DNA of 52,030 nucleotides from Candidatus Stahliibacteriota bacterium (GTDB taxonomy: Bacteria; Hydrothermota; UBA3072): positions 1 to 52,030 of the forward strand of contig SOIB01000066.1 in assembly GCA_004377355.1 (NCBI GenBank), in the 5' to 3' direction. Positions 8,629 to 18,183 of the stretch are shown piece after piece. Under the pieces are notes generated by a model. It made no database searches, was not told the DNA's origin, and was given only the letters and a program-made list of their open reading frames with translations. The translations under genes and the position numbers were made by a program. Within the stretch, counting starts at the first letter, position 1. The number at the start of each line of letters is the position of its first letter.

Positions 8629-10089
8629 TTATTTCCCGCTCAAACCATCAATCCAATCATGAAAACTATCATCATCTTCCCCCTCCACCTCCTTTGATTT
8701 ATCCTGAATCTCTCCTTTCTTAAATCCTTCAGTTTCTATAGGTGCTTTTTTATCTAACTTTGAAAAAATACCTTCATCACCTTCTTCTTTACCACTTTCA
8801 CTTAAATCCTTTTTCTTTGCTTCACTCTTTAATTCATCAATTTTCTTCTTTATCTCCTCATCTTTATTTTTCTCATATAATTCTTCATAGATTTCTAAAG
8901 CTTTATCAACAAATCCTCTTTTTTGATATAACTCTGCTAGCTCTGGAGTTAATCTTCTTTCCTCGGAAACCTCCCTTTCCCTGGCTACTTCAACTTTTAC
9001 CTCCTCCTTTTCTTCTTCAATAGGAATAACAGCTTCTTCAATTTCTTCTAACTTTTCTACCTCTTCTTTTTCTTCCCCTATTTCTTCAAATTCTTCAATC
9101 TCTTCGTCAATACTTTCATCTCCAAATACCTCTGTAAATTCCATCTCCTCCTTATGAGCTACCTCTTCAACTTTCTCTTCCTCTATCACAGTAGCTTCGG
9201 GAGGTTTCTCTTCGCTTTTTATTTCCTCCTCTTGCTTTCCAAAGAACTCTTCAAATCCGAATTCCTCTTTAACTTCTTCTGCTTCATAAGCAGTGGACAC
9301 TTCCTCCTCTACTTCTTCCTCTTCCAGTATCTCCTCTACAGCTTCTTCTTCTGGCTTTTGGATCTCCTCAAATTCCATAGTCTCTTCTTCTCCTATCCCT
9401 TCATCAAGGGAAAAGATACTCTCAATTTCCTCTTCAGAAACTTCTTCTGTAACTTTTTCTTCCTCGCCAGGAACTTCAGATAATTCAGGTTCTTCCTCCT
9501 TTAATTCCTCTCCTTTCAAGCCTTCAATGTCTATTTCCTCAAAACTAGATTTTGGTTCTCCTTCAAGTTTCTCCTCTTCAACTACTAACTCTTCCTCCTC
9601 TGCTTCTGGTTCTTCCTCTAAACTGGGGAATTCTTCTCTTTTGAAGTATGAGGACAATCCCTCTTCACCTAATCCTCCTACTTCTTTACTTTCCTTTTCC
9701 TCTATCTCTCGGAGCATCCTTTTCGCTTCCCTATCCAAAGGGTCTAATTCTAATAATCTATTTAATACTCTTTTAGCACTTATGTTATCATTCTGCTCCA
9801 TATATAACTCGCTGAGTTCCTTTAAAGCAAGGATGCTCTGTCTATCTAATTTAGATGCTGTATCCAGATGCTTTATAGCCTGCTCTATTCCCTTTTTCTC
9901 TTTAAAACATCTTCCAAGAACCAAGAATCCTGTAGCATATTCAGGATGCTTCTCTATCCCTCTTTCTGCTATTTCTATTGCTTCCTCTAAAAGTCCTTCC
10001 TTTCTTAATAGATCTGCATATTGAGCAAATAAAAGAGAATCCGGATCTTTTTCCAGGCGTTCTTTAAGTCTATTTAATTCATCACTCAT
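8629..10089 (-). CDS. TPR protein with long Glu-rich low-complexity linker
   Basis: N-terminal TPRs (FAQYADLLRKEG...HPEYATGFLVLGR), acidic middle, late TPR (TPELAELYQKRGFVDKALEIY), C-terminal DDSFHDWIDGL. Confidence 0.85.
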   Translation of the reverse strand: MSDELNRLKERLEKDPDSLLFAQYADLLRKEGLLEEAIEIAERGIEKHPEYATGFLVLGRCFKEKKGIEQAIKHLDTASKLDRQSILALKELSELYMEQNDNISAKRVLNRLLELDPLDREAKRMLREIEEKESKEVGGLGEEGLSSYFKREEFPSLEEEPEAEEEELVVEEEKLEGEPKSSFEEIDIEGLKGEELKEEEPELSEVPGEEEKVTEEVSEEEIESIFSLDEGIGEEETMEFEEIQKPEEEAVEEILEEEEVEEEVSTAYEAEEVKEEFGFEEFFGKQEEEIKSEEKPPEATVIEEEKVEEVAHKEEMEFTEVFGDESIDEEIEEFEEIGEEKEEVEKLEEIEEAVIPIEEEKEEVKVEVAREREVSEERRLTPELAELYQKRGFVDKALEIYEELYEKNKDEEIKKKIDELKSEAKKKDLSESGKEEGDEGIFSKLDKKAPIETEGFKKGEIQDKSKEVEGEDDDSFHDWIDGLSGK

Positions 10090-10106
10090 AAGAACTCCTT
10101 TTTTAT

Positions 10107-10135
10107 AATATAAGAAAAAAACTTATCTGTGTCAA
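10107..10135 (-). promoter_or_regulatory. sigma70 promoter for the TPR-pepP-efp-crp operon
   Basis: TTGACA-17 nt-TATATT, followed by AAGGAG RBS. Confidence 0.7.
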
Positions 10136-10152
10136 TAGGTAAAGCTTCTTTA

Positions 10153-10623
10153 TCAATCTCTTTCATTCTCTGATAATTCCTTAAATTGCACCACCAGAAC
10201 ACCCGCCTCTTTCAGTATTTCCATTGCGAAGGAATCAGGATAACCCTCTTTATAAATGATCTTTTTTACCCCAGCATTTATCAACATTTTAGAACATGTA
10301 AAACATGGGTGAGTAGTTACGTATAGAGTCGATTCTTCTATTGAGATACCTACTTTAGCCGCCTGAATTATTGCATTCTGCTCAGCATGAATTGCCCTGG
10401 AAAGCTCCATTCGTTCTCCAGAAGGAATTTTGAGTTCATCACGAATGCATCCACCCCTTTGTTCACAATGCGTAATTCCACTTGGTGGTCCATTATAGCC
10501 AGTTGTTAGTATTCTTTTATTACGAACGAGTACAGCACCAACTTTTCTCCTGAGACACGTTGCTCTACTAGCAACAAGTTCAGTAATCTTCATAAAATAT
10601 TCATCCCATGATGGTCTACCCAT
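10153..10623 (-). CDS. dCMP deaminase (ComEB family)
   Basis: [36 protein letters not shown] zinc motif. Confidence 0.93.
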   Translation of the reverse strand: MGRPSWDEYFMKITELVASRATCLRRKVGAVLVRNKRILTTGYNGPPSGITHCEQRGGCIRDELKIPSGERMELSRAIHAEQNAIIQAAKVGISIEESTLYVTTHPCFTCSKMLINAGVKKIIYKEGYPDSFAMEILKEAGVLVVQFKELSENERD

Positions 10624-10688
10624 TGTTTATTAATTTCCTCCAATTTCTAATATAGGGAAGTTTATACTATTAACAATCACTCAAACGG

Positions 10689-11153
10689 TTAATCTGAGAT
10701 ATCCACATAAATCTTTTTCCCTACTAATCTGTCATAATCCTCCCTTTTAATCTTTACTGTTTCTGTATGTGTTCCTGAGTTAAAAACGATCGCATCCTCA
10801 TTTTTAAAGGACTCATCAACATAGAAAGGTATGTTGTAAAGATTTCCAAAAGGAGGCATCGCTCCTATATCGCAATCAGGGAATAGTCCTTTAAACTCTT
10901 CTTCATTAGCTAGATTGACTTTTTTATATCCGAGTTTCGCTACCTTCTTCATTGAAACTACATGGGGGGCTGGTATAACCGCCATAACCATCTCTCCATC
11001 ACATTTTAACATTACAACTTTTGCAAACTCATAACCAGTTATATGTTCAGAAGCTGCAACCTCCTGGGCAGTAAACAATTCCTTATGCTTTTCTACATCA
11101 AATTTGATCCCATTCTCTTTGAATAATTCCTTTAATATTTTTGATATTGCCAT
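10689..11153 (-). CDS. YbaK/prolyl-tRNA editing domain protein
   Basis: FTAQEVA, AKVVMLK, FPDCDIGAMPPFG, FNSGTH; start at MAISK after GGAGG (upstream extension of the listed ORF is a repeat element). Confidence 0.88.
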   Translation of the reverse strand: MAISKILKELFKENGIKFDVEKHKELFTAQEVAASEHITGYEFAKVVMLKCDGEMVMAVIPAPHVVSMKKVAKLGYKKVNLANEEEFKGLFPDCDIGAMPPFGNLYNIPFYVDESFKNEDAIVFNSGTHTETVKIKREDYDRLVGKKIYVDISD

Positions 11154-11181
11154 AATGCCTCCTTTTTTACAATAAATAAAC

Positions 11182-11294
11182 AGATATTTCACCACAGAGC
11201 TCCTAAAGATCACAAAGAAAAAACGCAAAAATGTTCTCTGCCTGCCCCGTAAGGAGGAACCGACTGTACCGGGGTGTCTCTGTGGCAAATATCT
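11182..11294. repeat. inverted-repeat element (CCACAGAG...CTCTGTGG) with nested GC-rich hairpin
   Basis: AGATATTTCACCACAGAG / CTCTGTGGCAAATATCT arms; inner CCTGCCCCGTA...TACCGGGG at 11241-11274. Confidence 0.7.
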
Positions 11295-11322
11295 ATAAGG
11301 CTACTAATAAAACTCCTGTTAA

Positions 11323-12108
11323 TCAACCTTGATGAACCCCTTTTATAATCTTAATCATCTCCCTGTGTATTTTTCCATTTGATGCAACGATATTATCTTT
11401 TCTATCATCCCAATCATTATTATAGAAATTTGAAACTCTACCACCAGCCTCTAAAACCAATAGACCTCCAGCTGAGATATCCCATAGCTTAAGATGCTTT
11501 TCCCAGAAGCCATCAAGACGACCACAAGCGACATAAGCAAGATCAAGGGCAGCAGAACCCAAACGTCTTAACCCTCTGGTTCTCATTAGAAATTTTGAAA
11601 ACTCCGGGATATTTGAATCTTTTATATCTTCCCTTATATAAGGGAAACCTGTTGCAAGAATTGAATCATTTAAGTTCTCCCGATCTGAAACTTTTATCTG
11701 TTCTTCATTCAACCATGCACCACTACCTTTAATACACGAGAAAAGTTCTTTATGTATGGGGTCATAAACAATCCCAAGGATAATCTCCCTGTTAATCTTA
11801 TATGCGATAGAGATACTGAAGAAAGGAATCCCATAAGCAAAATTGTGTGTCCCATCAAGAGGGTCTACAATAAACACTTCCTTCTTTTCCCATTCTCTGG
11901 AATTGGACTCCTCAGCAATCACTCCGATATCAGGATATTTTCTTCTGAGTGCTGTAATGATAAATTCTTCAGATTTTATATCTGCGGTTGTTACTAATTC
12001 ACTCCCTGCCTTGCCTTTAATTTCAAAGGGTTTCCCAAAATAACCCATGAGTATTTTTCCTGCTCCATTGGAAACCTCCTTTAAAAATTCTAATTTCCCA
12101 TCCATCAA
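11323..12108 (-). CDS. suhB: inositol monophosphatase family protein
   Basis: DPLDGTHNF, ATGFPY, RRLGSAALDLAYVACGR, WDISAG. Confidence 0.92.
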   Translation of the reverse strand: MMDGKLEFLKEVSNGAGKILMGYFGKPFEIKGKAGSELVTTADIKSEEFIITALRRKYPDIGVIAEESNSREWEKKEVFIVDPLDGTHNFAYGIPFFSISIAYKINREIILGIVYDPIHKELFSCIKGSGAWLNEEQIKVSDRENLNDSILATGFPYIREDIKDSNIPEFSKFLMRTRGLRRLGSAALDLAYVACGRLDGFWEKHLKLWDISAGGLLVLEAGGRVSNFYNNDWDDRKDNIVASNGKIHREMIKIIKGVHQG

Positions 12109-13052
12109 GTACCACCCCAGATTATTCTATAGATATTTACACCTCCGCGGTAATTTGATACCCAAAGATATTCTCCTCCATTGGATATAGTAATTCCGAT
12201 AGGATGACCATTCCCATCGTCTCCCGTCTTTACACTGTATATCTGAACCATCTTATCTGTATCTACCACTCCAATTTCATTATCCATATAGTTACAGACA
12301 AAAAGGTATTTTTCTGACCATGAAAGAACACAACTTCTTGCTCTCTTTCCCACGTCTGCTATCCCTACATATCTATCTTTCATGAGATCCAATTTTCTTA
12401 CTACTTCCTCTAAATTATTGGTCTGATAGAGATATGCTCCATTCTTTGTAACTACAAGGTGACGAGGAGTAAGACCTGCGGGTAGATACTTAATCTTTTT
12501 ATGTCCATTTTTTACATCTATTTTTGACAAGCTACTCTCCCCCATATTTGCAATATAGGCGAATTTTCCATCAGGAGTGAATGCTATACCCCTTGGTTTC
12601 CTACCAACATCAATTTCCTTAATTACGGAGAGAAGAGCAACATCAATTACTGAAACTGAAGCAGAACCCCAATTACTCACATATACCCATTTCTCATCTG
12701 GAGATACTTTTATAATCTTTGGTTTTTCACCCACATTAATTTTTTTAATAATAGAATCTAATTCATAATCATATACGCAAATCATATCTTTATCATATAA
12801 TGAAAACCATATATATCTCCCGTTTTGAGTAAAGTCGCATTCAACAGGCTCCCCCCCAGCCGGAACCCTCCTTATAACCTTCATTTCATCATGATCAATT
12901 ATATTTAGATGATAACCGTACAAACAATTAGCAATAATATATTTACCATCCGGGGAATAATAGATCGATTTTGGTCCAGCATCAACGGGAACTTTCTTTA
13001 CCAATTCTAAATGGTGGAAATTTTGAGCGGCAATGAAAATAAGAAGAATCAT
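12105..13052 (-). CDS. secreted YVTN/YncE-family beta-propeller
   Basis: Short hydrophobic N-terminus; repeated blades such as VGEKPKIIKVSPDEKWVYVSN and VGRKPRGIAFTPDGKFAYIAN. Confidence 0.85.
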   Translation of the reverse strand: MILLIFIAAQNFHHLELVKKVPVDAGPKSIYYSPDGKYIIANCLYGYHLNIIDHDEMKVIRRVPAGGEPVECDFTQNGRYIWFSLYDKDMICVYDYELDSIIKKINVGEKPKIIKVSPDEKWVYVSNWGSASVSVIDVALLSVIKEIDVGRKPRGIAFTPDGKFAYIANMGESSLSKIDVKNGHKKIKYLPAGLTPRHLVVTKNGAYLYQTNNLEEVVRKLDLMKDRYVGIADVGKRARSCVLSWSEKYLFVCNYMDNEIGVVDTDKMVQIYSVKTGDDGNGHPIGITISNGGEYLWVSNYRGGVNIYRIIWGGT

Positions 13053-13564
13053 AGGAGCGAATCAATCGAGAATATTCCATCCGGGAGATCGGGATTTATT
13101 TTGTATTTAAAGAATCTAAATCTACCTTCAACTCCCTCCTGTGTAAATCGAATTTTTTCTGGAAAATATTCCTCATTGAAAAATACGCTAAGTGGGTAAG
13201 AAAAAATATCTTCTTTTGCAGAAAGATATGTCCATCCCGCTATAGTTGAATCAATATTATAGTAATCAAGTGGACTAAAAATTAACCTTGAGAGGGACAT
13301 CGGAGCAATTGTCTTATCCAACCGATTATCTTTCTCAATGTAAATAAAAACAGAATCTTCTTTAAATATAATAATTTGTTTATCTGGCTCTTCTACCTCA
13401 ATTCTTGATCCATTTCTACTTATGAATACCAAACCAGAAAAATAAATAGACCAAGTTTCAATTTCCAGAGTTTCAACAAAAGCACACTCTAAGGTCTTTA
13501 TATTAGAGAATCGTTCTGTAACTGCAGAGAGAATAGATGATGATATTAAAAGGAATATCAACAT
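13049..13564 (-). CDS. lolA: LolA-like outer-membrane lipoprotein carrier
   Basis: Signal peptide, IKTLECAFVE, RIEVEEPDKQIII, C-terminal INPDLPDGIF; lies directly after ftsK as is usual. Confidence 0.7.
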   Translation of the reverse strand: MLIFLLISSSILSAVTERFSNIKTLECAFVETLEIETWSIYFSGLVFISRNGSRIEVEEPDKQIIIFKEDSVFIYIEKDNRLDKTIAPMSLSRLIFSPLDYYNIDSTIAGWTYLSAKEDIFSYPLSVFFNEEYFPEKIRFTQEGVEGRFRFFKYKINPDLPDGIFSIDSLL

Positions 13565-15894
13565 TCTAAGTCCTCGACCCTTAAAAGAACATCCCTCGGT
13601 TTAGATCCTCTGAATTTGCTTACTATTCCAGCTCTTTCAAGCTGATCAATTATTCGTCCAGCCCTCGCATATCCTATCTTCAATTTCCTTTGAAGAAGAG
13701 ATACTGAAGCGGATTGACGGTCCACCACAATTCTCCTAGCTTCTTCGAACAACGCATCAACCTCACCTAATTCTCCAAATTCCTCTTTCTCTTCCAGAAA
13801 CTCATCAAGTTCTTCTGTCAGGGGATAATAATCAAGTCCATCAACGAATTCAGTGAATCTTCCTTCCTCAATATTAAGTTTATAACGAAGTAATTTACTG
13901 AATTCCTCAATTCGTTCTCCTGCGCCAGGAAGTAAGCGATCTGCAATTACATCAAGGATATCCTCTTCTTTCACTAATGCACAAATTGAATCTGGATCCT
14001 TAAACTCATTCTTAAGTAATTCACGGAGATGTCTAAGACCAATAAGATAGACAAGCTCTTTTGTCTCGTCAGTAGTAATATAAGAACCATGAAGACGTTT
14101 GGCCACTCCCTCATCTGGTGGTGTGAATAACATATCCCCATTGCCTAAAAGTTGTTCTGCTCCACCAAAATCCATTATGGTTTTGGAATCATGCCTGGAT
14201 GCAACCTGAAAAGCAATCCTTGCAGGGAAATTAGCCTTGATGAGACCTGTAATAACATCTACCGAAGGTCTTTGCGTTGCAAGTATTAGATGAATTCCAA
14301 CCGCACGACTCATCTGAGCAAGCCTTATTACAGCGTGTTCAACCTCTCTCCCACTCCTCATCATAAGGTCAGCAAGTTCATCAACTATGAGAAATATGTA
14401 AGGTTTTTTATCCTTCACTTTAATGTTATAGCCCTCTATATCACGAACACCTATCCTGGCAAACTCTTCGTATCTTTTCTCCATACAATCAAGTGTTCTA
14501 TTTAGATAATTAATTGCGATAGACTGCTCAGATATTACAGTTCTTATTAAATGTGGGATACCATTATATATAGAGAGTTCTATTCTTTTCGGATCGATAA
14601 GTATAAATCGAAGGTCTTGGGGATTAACTTTATAAAGAAGTGCAGTTATAATCGAATTAATAAAAACGGATTTTCCAGAACCAGTTGAACCAGCTATTAA
14701 AAGATGTGGCATTTTTGAAATTGGAGAGTATACGTACCCTCCTGTAATATTTTTACCAATTGGAACATATGTAATATCATTATTTCTTTTGAATTTCTCA
14801 TTGTTAATGAGTTCTTTTATTGACACTATCTCTCTATTTTCATTTGGAACCTCTATACCAACAACGCCTTTCCCTGGTATTGGAGCAATAACCCTTATTT
14901 TTTCAGCCTTTAAGGCCAGCGCAAGATCATTGGACAGATTAGATATCTTTGATAACTTTATTCCAGGATCAGGCTTATATTCAAATCTGGTAATAACGGG
15001 TCCCTTTAAAACATTTACAATGGTTCCTGTTATATCAAAATTTTCAAGTTTACTCTCAATAATTTTCTTATATTTTTCTATCGTATTCTCAGACATCCAT
15101 TCCATTTCAACTGGGTTATAGAGGACATTCAGGAATCTTTCATGGAATTCACCACTGCTCATTGCAAAAGAAAATGCTGGCTTCTTCGGTATTTCTTTTT
15201 GTCGCAATCTTTTTATTCTAAATACTTCCATCCGGGATTTATCTTCTTCTTTTTCTTCTAATTTATCCGGGGTTATCGTATCCTTTACTATCCTCCTTAC
15301 TTTTTCCGGTCTTTTTCTTCTAATCACCCAGGAGAATATTCTTATTAATGGTATAGCTCTAAATTTAAGAACAGAATATAGATAAATATAAAGAACTATG
15401 AGAAAAACGAATGAAATAAGTGCAATACTACCACTTATAGTCAGTTTCCCCAAAAGGAAATTACCAGTAATTATTCCTATCTCACCTCTTTTTATTTCAG
15501 AAACCCCGGGAAGGATTGATTGAACCAGAAGAATGATAAAAAATAACCATATGAACAGACCACCAAAGTGGTAAAACACCCTTCTTACACTGTTTGTGAA
15601 GAGCGATATAGATGCGATAATCAGTATAAATGGAAGGAAATAGGCTGATATTCCAAAGGTTTGATAAATACTCTTAGCTATATATGCTCCAATTATTCCA
15701 CCAAAGTTTTCTAAAGGATCTCCTTCTGGCGTATAGGTCAAAAGAGAAATATAGATTATAAGAAAGACAAACAGCAGGATTAGCCCATTCATAACCTGTC
15801 TCTTCTTGATATCCATATCCTTAATTACGCCAATCAGGGACCTAACCACGAATCCCAGAAGAACCGCCATTATAAGGCTATTTAGAAGTATCAT
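13558..15894 (-). CDS. ftsK: DNA translocase FtsK/SpoIIIE
   Basis: N-terminal TM segments, PHLLIAGSTGSGKS, IVDELADLM, ATQRPSVDVITG, gamma domain SVSLLQRKLKIGYARAGR. Confidence 0.96.
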   Translation of the reverse strand: MILLNSLIMAVLLGFVVRSLIGVIKDMDIKKRQVMNGLILLFVFLIIYISLLTYTPEGDPLENFGGIIGAYIAKSIYQTFGISAYFLPFILIIASISLFTNSVRRVFYHFGGLFIWLFFIILLVQSILPGVSEIKRGEIGIITGNFLLGKLTISGSIALISFVFLIVLYIYLYSVLKFRAIPLIRIFSWVIRRKRPEKVRRIVKDTITPDKLEEKEEDKSRMEVFRIKRLRQKEIPKKPAFSFAMSSGEFHERFLNVLYNPVEMEWMSENTIEKYKKIIESKLENFDITGTIVNVLKGPVITRFEYKPDPGIKLSKISNLSNDLALALKAEKIRVIAPIPGKGVVGIEVPNENREIVSIKELINNEKFKRNNDITYVPIGKNITGGYVYSPISKMPHLLIAGSTGSGKSVFINSIITALLYKVNPQDLRFILIDPKRIELSIYNGIPHLIRTVISEQSIAINYLNRTLDCMEKRYEEFARIGVRDIEGYNIKVKDKKPYIFLIVDELADLMMRSGREVEHAVIRLAQMSRAVGIHLILATQRPSVDVITGLIKANFPARIAFQVASRHDSKTIMDFGGAEQLLGNGDMLFTPPDEGVAKRLHGSYITTDETKELVYLIGLRHLRELLKNEFKDPDSICALVKEEDILDVIADRLLPGAGERIEEFSKLLRYKLNIEEGRFTEFVDGLDYYPLTEELDEFLEEKEEFGELGEVDALFEEARRIVVDRQSASVSLLQRKLKIGYARAGRIIDQLERAGIVSKFRGSKPRDVLLRVEDLEC

Positions 15895-15900
15895 ATCTAA

Positions 15901-15928
15901 ATACTATATTTAAAGATAAGGATGTCAA
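15901..15928 (-). promoter_or_regulatory. sigma70 promoter, probably leaderless, for ftsK
   Basis: TTGACA-16 nt-TAGTAT, then 6 nt to ATG 15894. Confidence 0.55.
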
Positions 15929-17367
15929 GACAGTCTTACGTATATAACTTTCTCCCGCTCCATTATAACTTTACCCTGAGTGAGTCTTTTAGTGCTCTTC
16001 ACGTATTTTTTTTCTGTATAACTCACTGGTACTAAACCCGCTTTTTTCATTTTACTGAAACGAACAGCTATAATTGCTGCTTCTTCAATGTTCTCAAATG
16101 GAGGAGGTTTATTTTTATCTTTAACTCGAAGGATTATATGTGAACCAGGAGCATTTTTAACATGTAAGAATATATCGTATGGACGGGCATAGGAAAATGT
16201 GAGTTTATGATTGGACTCTCTATTCTTACCTACCAACACCTTATATCCATTACCTGTAATAAATTCCCTGAAGCCATGTGAAGGCTTTTCTCTGGTTTTT
16301 TTCACTTTCACCTTATCAAATTCTCTTAACAATTTTTCTACATCTTCACTCTGTAAGATTCTATCCCTCTTTTTTCTAAGTTGTTCCAGGTCTTTTTGTA
16401 TCTTATTTTTTCCCTTTTTAGCTAACTCCAATTTTTTCTTTGCTTTTTTATATAATCTGAAGTAATTTTCAGCATTTCCCTCTGGTGAAAGTTTCACGTC
16501 AAGAGGAATTGAAAGCTCTTTATCCAGATAATTTAGCTTTATCTCTTTCATACCCTTCTTAATCTCCCTTATATGAGTAAGCAGGGCTTCTCCTTTTAAT
16601 CGATAATCATCTGGATCCTTTACAGATGAAAAATCTTCTATTACACTTTCAAATCTTTTTATCTCTCTGCCAATCTCTTTTAAAATCTCTTTTCTTTTCT
16701 CTTCTAATAAGTCTTTTTCCTCAAGAGAACTAAAATATTGTATCACTGCATCATTCATGGTGGAGAATTTTCTTCCGTAACCCAGGGAAAAGGGAGAAAG
16801 TATGTCATCCAATACAGTAGGCTCGAACTTCCTTTCCACAAAATGCTCTAATAATTCTTTCTTCTCATCTCTGATTCGATTGACAAAGCTCTTTGTGAGC
16901 CCTGAAATATTTTCTCCATTTAAAATTGCAGAAAGAAGTTCATTATTATCGGCTTCTAAAATATTCAATCCTTTAGGTGGTTTTGGCACCTTATACTTAT
17001 CCTTCTTTCTGCCTTTGACACTCCAGATGATATCATTACCTTTAAGTAAGAGACATTCGGACCGCCTACCAAATAATTCAAATACAATCTGTAGCTCCTC
17101 ACTCATCTTAATTATTAACAATCGGTCAAGTCCATTCTGAAACACATCTTCTACCACCTTACCTCTAAATAGTGATTGATAAAATCCCTCACCTTTTATC
17201 TTCTCCAGGGCTATGTGAGTATATTTAGGATGAAGATAAGCACTAAAAGATTTTCTCTTGAAATCTATTGAAATATTATTACCGGATCTAATTATGCTCT
17301 TTACTATCAGTCCTTTAACCTCTCCTAACTCTTTTAAGATATAATAAAGAACTATACCAGTAAACAA
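15925..17367 (-). CDS. NFACT/FbpA family ribosome quality-control protein (RqcH-like)
   Basis: LDRLL..FELFGR N-domain, ENAENYFRLYKK coil, VGKNRESN...FLHV..APGSH NFACT-R domain. Confidence 0.85.
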   Translation of the reverse strand: MFTGIVLYYILKELGEVKGLIVKSIIRSGNNISIDFKRKSFSAYLHPKYTHIALEKIKGEGFYQSLFRGKVVEDVFQNGLDRLLIIKMSEELQIVFELFGRRSECLLLKGNDIIWSVKGRKKDKYKVPKPPKGLNILEADNNELLSAILNGENISGLTKSFVNRIRDEKKELLEHFVERKFEPTVLDDILSPFSLGYGRKFSTMNDAVIQYFSSLEEKDLLEEKRKEILKEIGREIKRFESVIEDFSSVKDPDDYRLKGEALLTHIREIKKGMKEIKLNYLDKELSIPLDVKLSPEGNAENYFRLYKKAKKKLELAKKGKNKIQKDLEQLRKKRDRILQSEDVEKLLREFDKVKVKKTREKPSHGFREFITGNGYKVLVGKNRESNHKLTFSYARPYDIFLHVKNAPGSHIILRVKDKNKPPPFENIEEAAIIAVRFSKMKKAGLVPVSYTEKKYVKSTKRLTQGKVIMEREKVIYVRLS

Positions 17368-17443
17368 TTAAATCACCCCATTCGAAAAAATTGATAATAG
17401 TAACCTTTTTAAAATATGTTTTTTTTCATTTAATTGTTTTTCT

Positions 17444-17478
17444 TTTACAGTTTTCACTTTACAATTTACATTTTGCAA
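17444..17478. repeat. 5x degenerate heptamer array (TTTACAN)
   Basis: tttacag ttttcac tttacaa tttacat tttgcaa. Confidence 0.6.
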
Positions 17479-17490
17479 TGAGTGGTTGGC

Positions 17491-18183
17491 TCATCTTCCT
17501 ATTCTTGCAAGGAAGGAAGCACCAATAGAAACAAAATATAGAAAGAACAATGGAATCGACGCAATCATCATTGTAACTAAATCAATCGTTGGAGTAATAA
17601 TTGCAGCAAATATGAGTATTGTAACAATAGAAACCCTCCAATTCTTAATTAAAATTGAAGGTGATAGGATATCTAATTTTGAGAAGAGAAAAGAAAATAC
17701 AGGCATCAGAAAAGCTATTCCAAATCCTGCCAATAACCACATCAGGAATCCAATATATTTACTTATTGATATTAACGGTATCATAGTTTCCATTTGGAAA
17801 CTAAGAAGCATCTTTAAAATATATGGTAGAAATATTAAGTATGCGACAGTAACTCCACCATAGAAGAAAGCAATTACAGCTATTAGTAGAGGTGCAATAT
17901 ACTTTTTTTCAACCCTTGTTAATGCTGGCGCAATAAAAATATATAACTGGTGAATGATAAAAGGAAGGGCAAGTACAAAGCCAACCATCATGCTGACTTT
18001 AATCCGGATGAATAAAGCTTCCTGAGGAGCAAAGAAATATGTTTTCCCTACCGGGATTGATAGTGTTTGAATAATTTTGCCAGAAATAGGATATATGACT
18101 CCACTACCGATTGAAAAGAATAAAAGTGAATATATTAGTCTCTTTCTTAAATCTTCAATATGTTCCCAGAAACTCTCTTCCAT
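17491..18183 (-). CDS. tatC: twin-arginine translocase subunit TatC
   Basis: SFWEHIEDLRKRL, FIAPALT..EK, AAIITPT.D; six TM helices. Confidence 0.95.
   Translation of the reverse strand: MEESFWEHIEDLRKRLIYSLLFFSIGSGVIYPISGKIIQTLSIPVGKTYFFAPQEALFIRIKVSMMVGFVLALPFIIHQLYIFIAPALTRVEKKYIAPLLIAVIAFFYGGVTVAYLIFLPYILKMLLSFQMETMIPLISISKYIGFLMWLLAGFGIAFLMPVFSFLFSKLDILSPSILIKNWRVSIVTILIFAAIITPTIDLVTMMIASIPLFFLYFVSIGASFLARIGR

Noticed and set aside
9293-10024. 243 aa Ser-rich plus-strand ORF and neighbouring short ORFs
   Set aside because: Antisense shadow of the GAA-rich acidic TPR gene
11154-11288. N-terminal extension of YbaK in the ORF track
   Set aside because: Runs through the inverted-repeat element; the real start follows a GGAGG RBS at 11153
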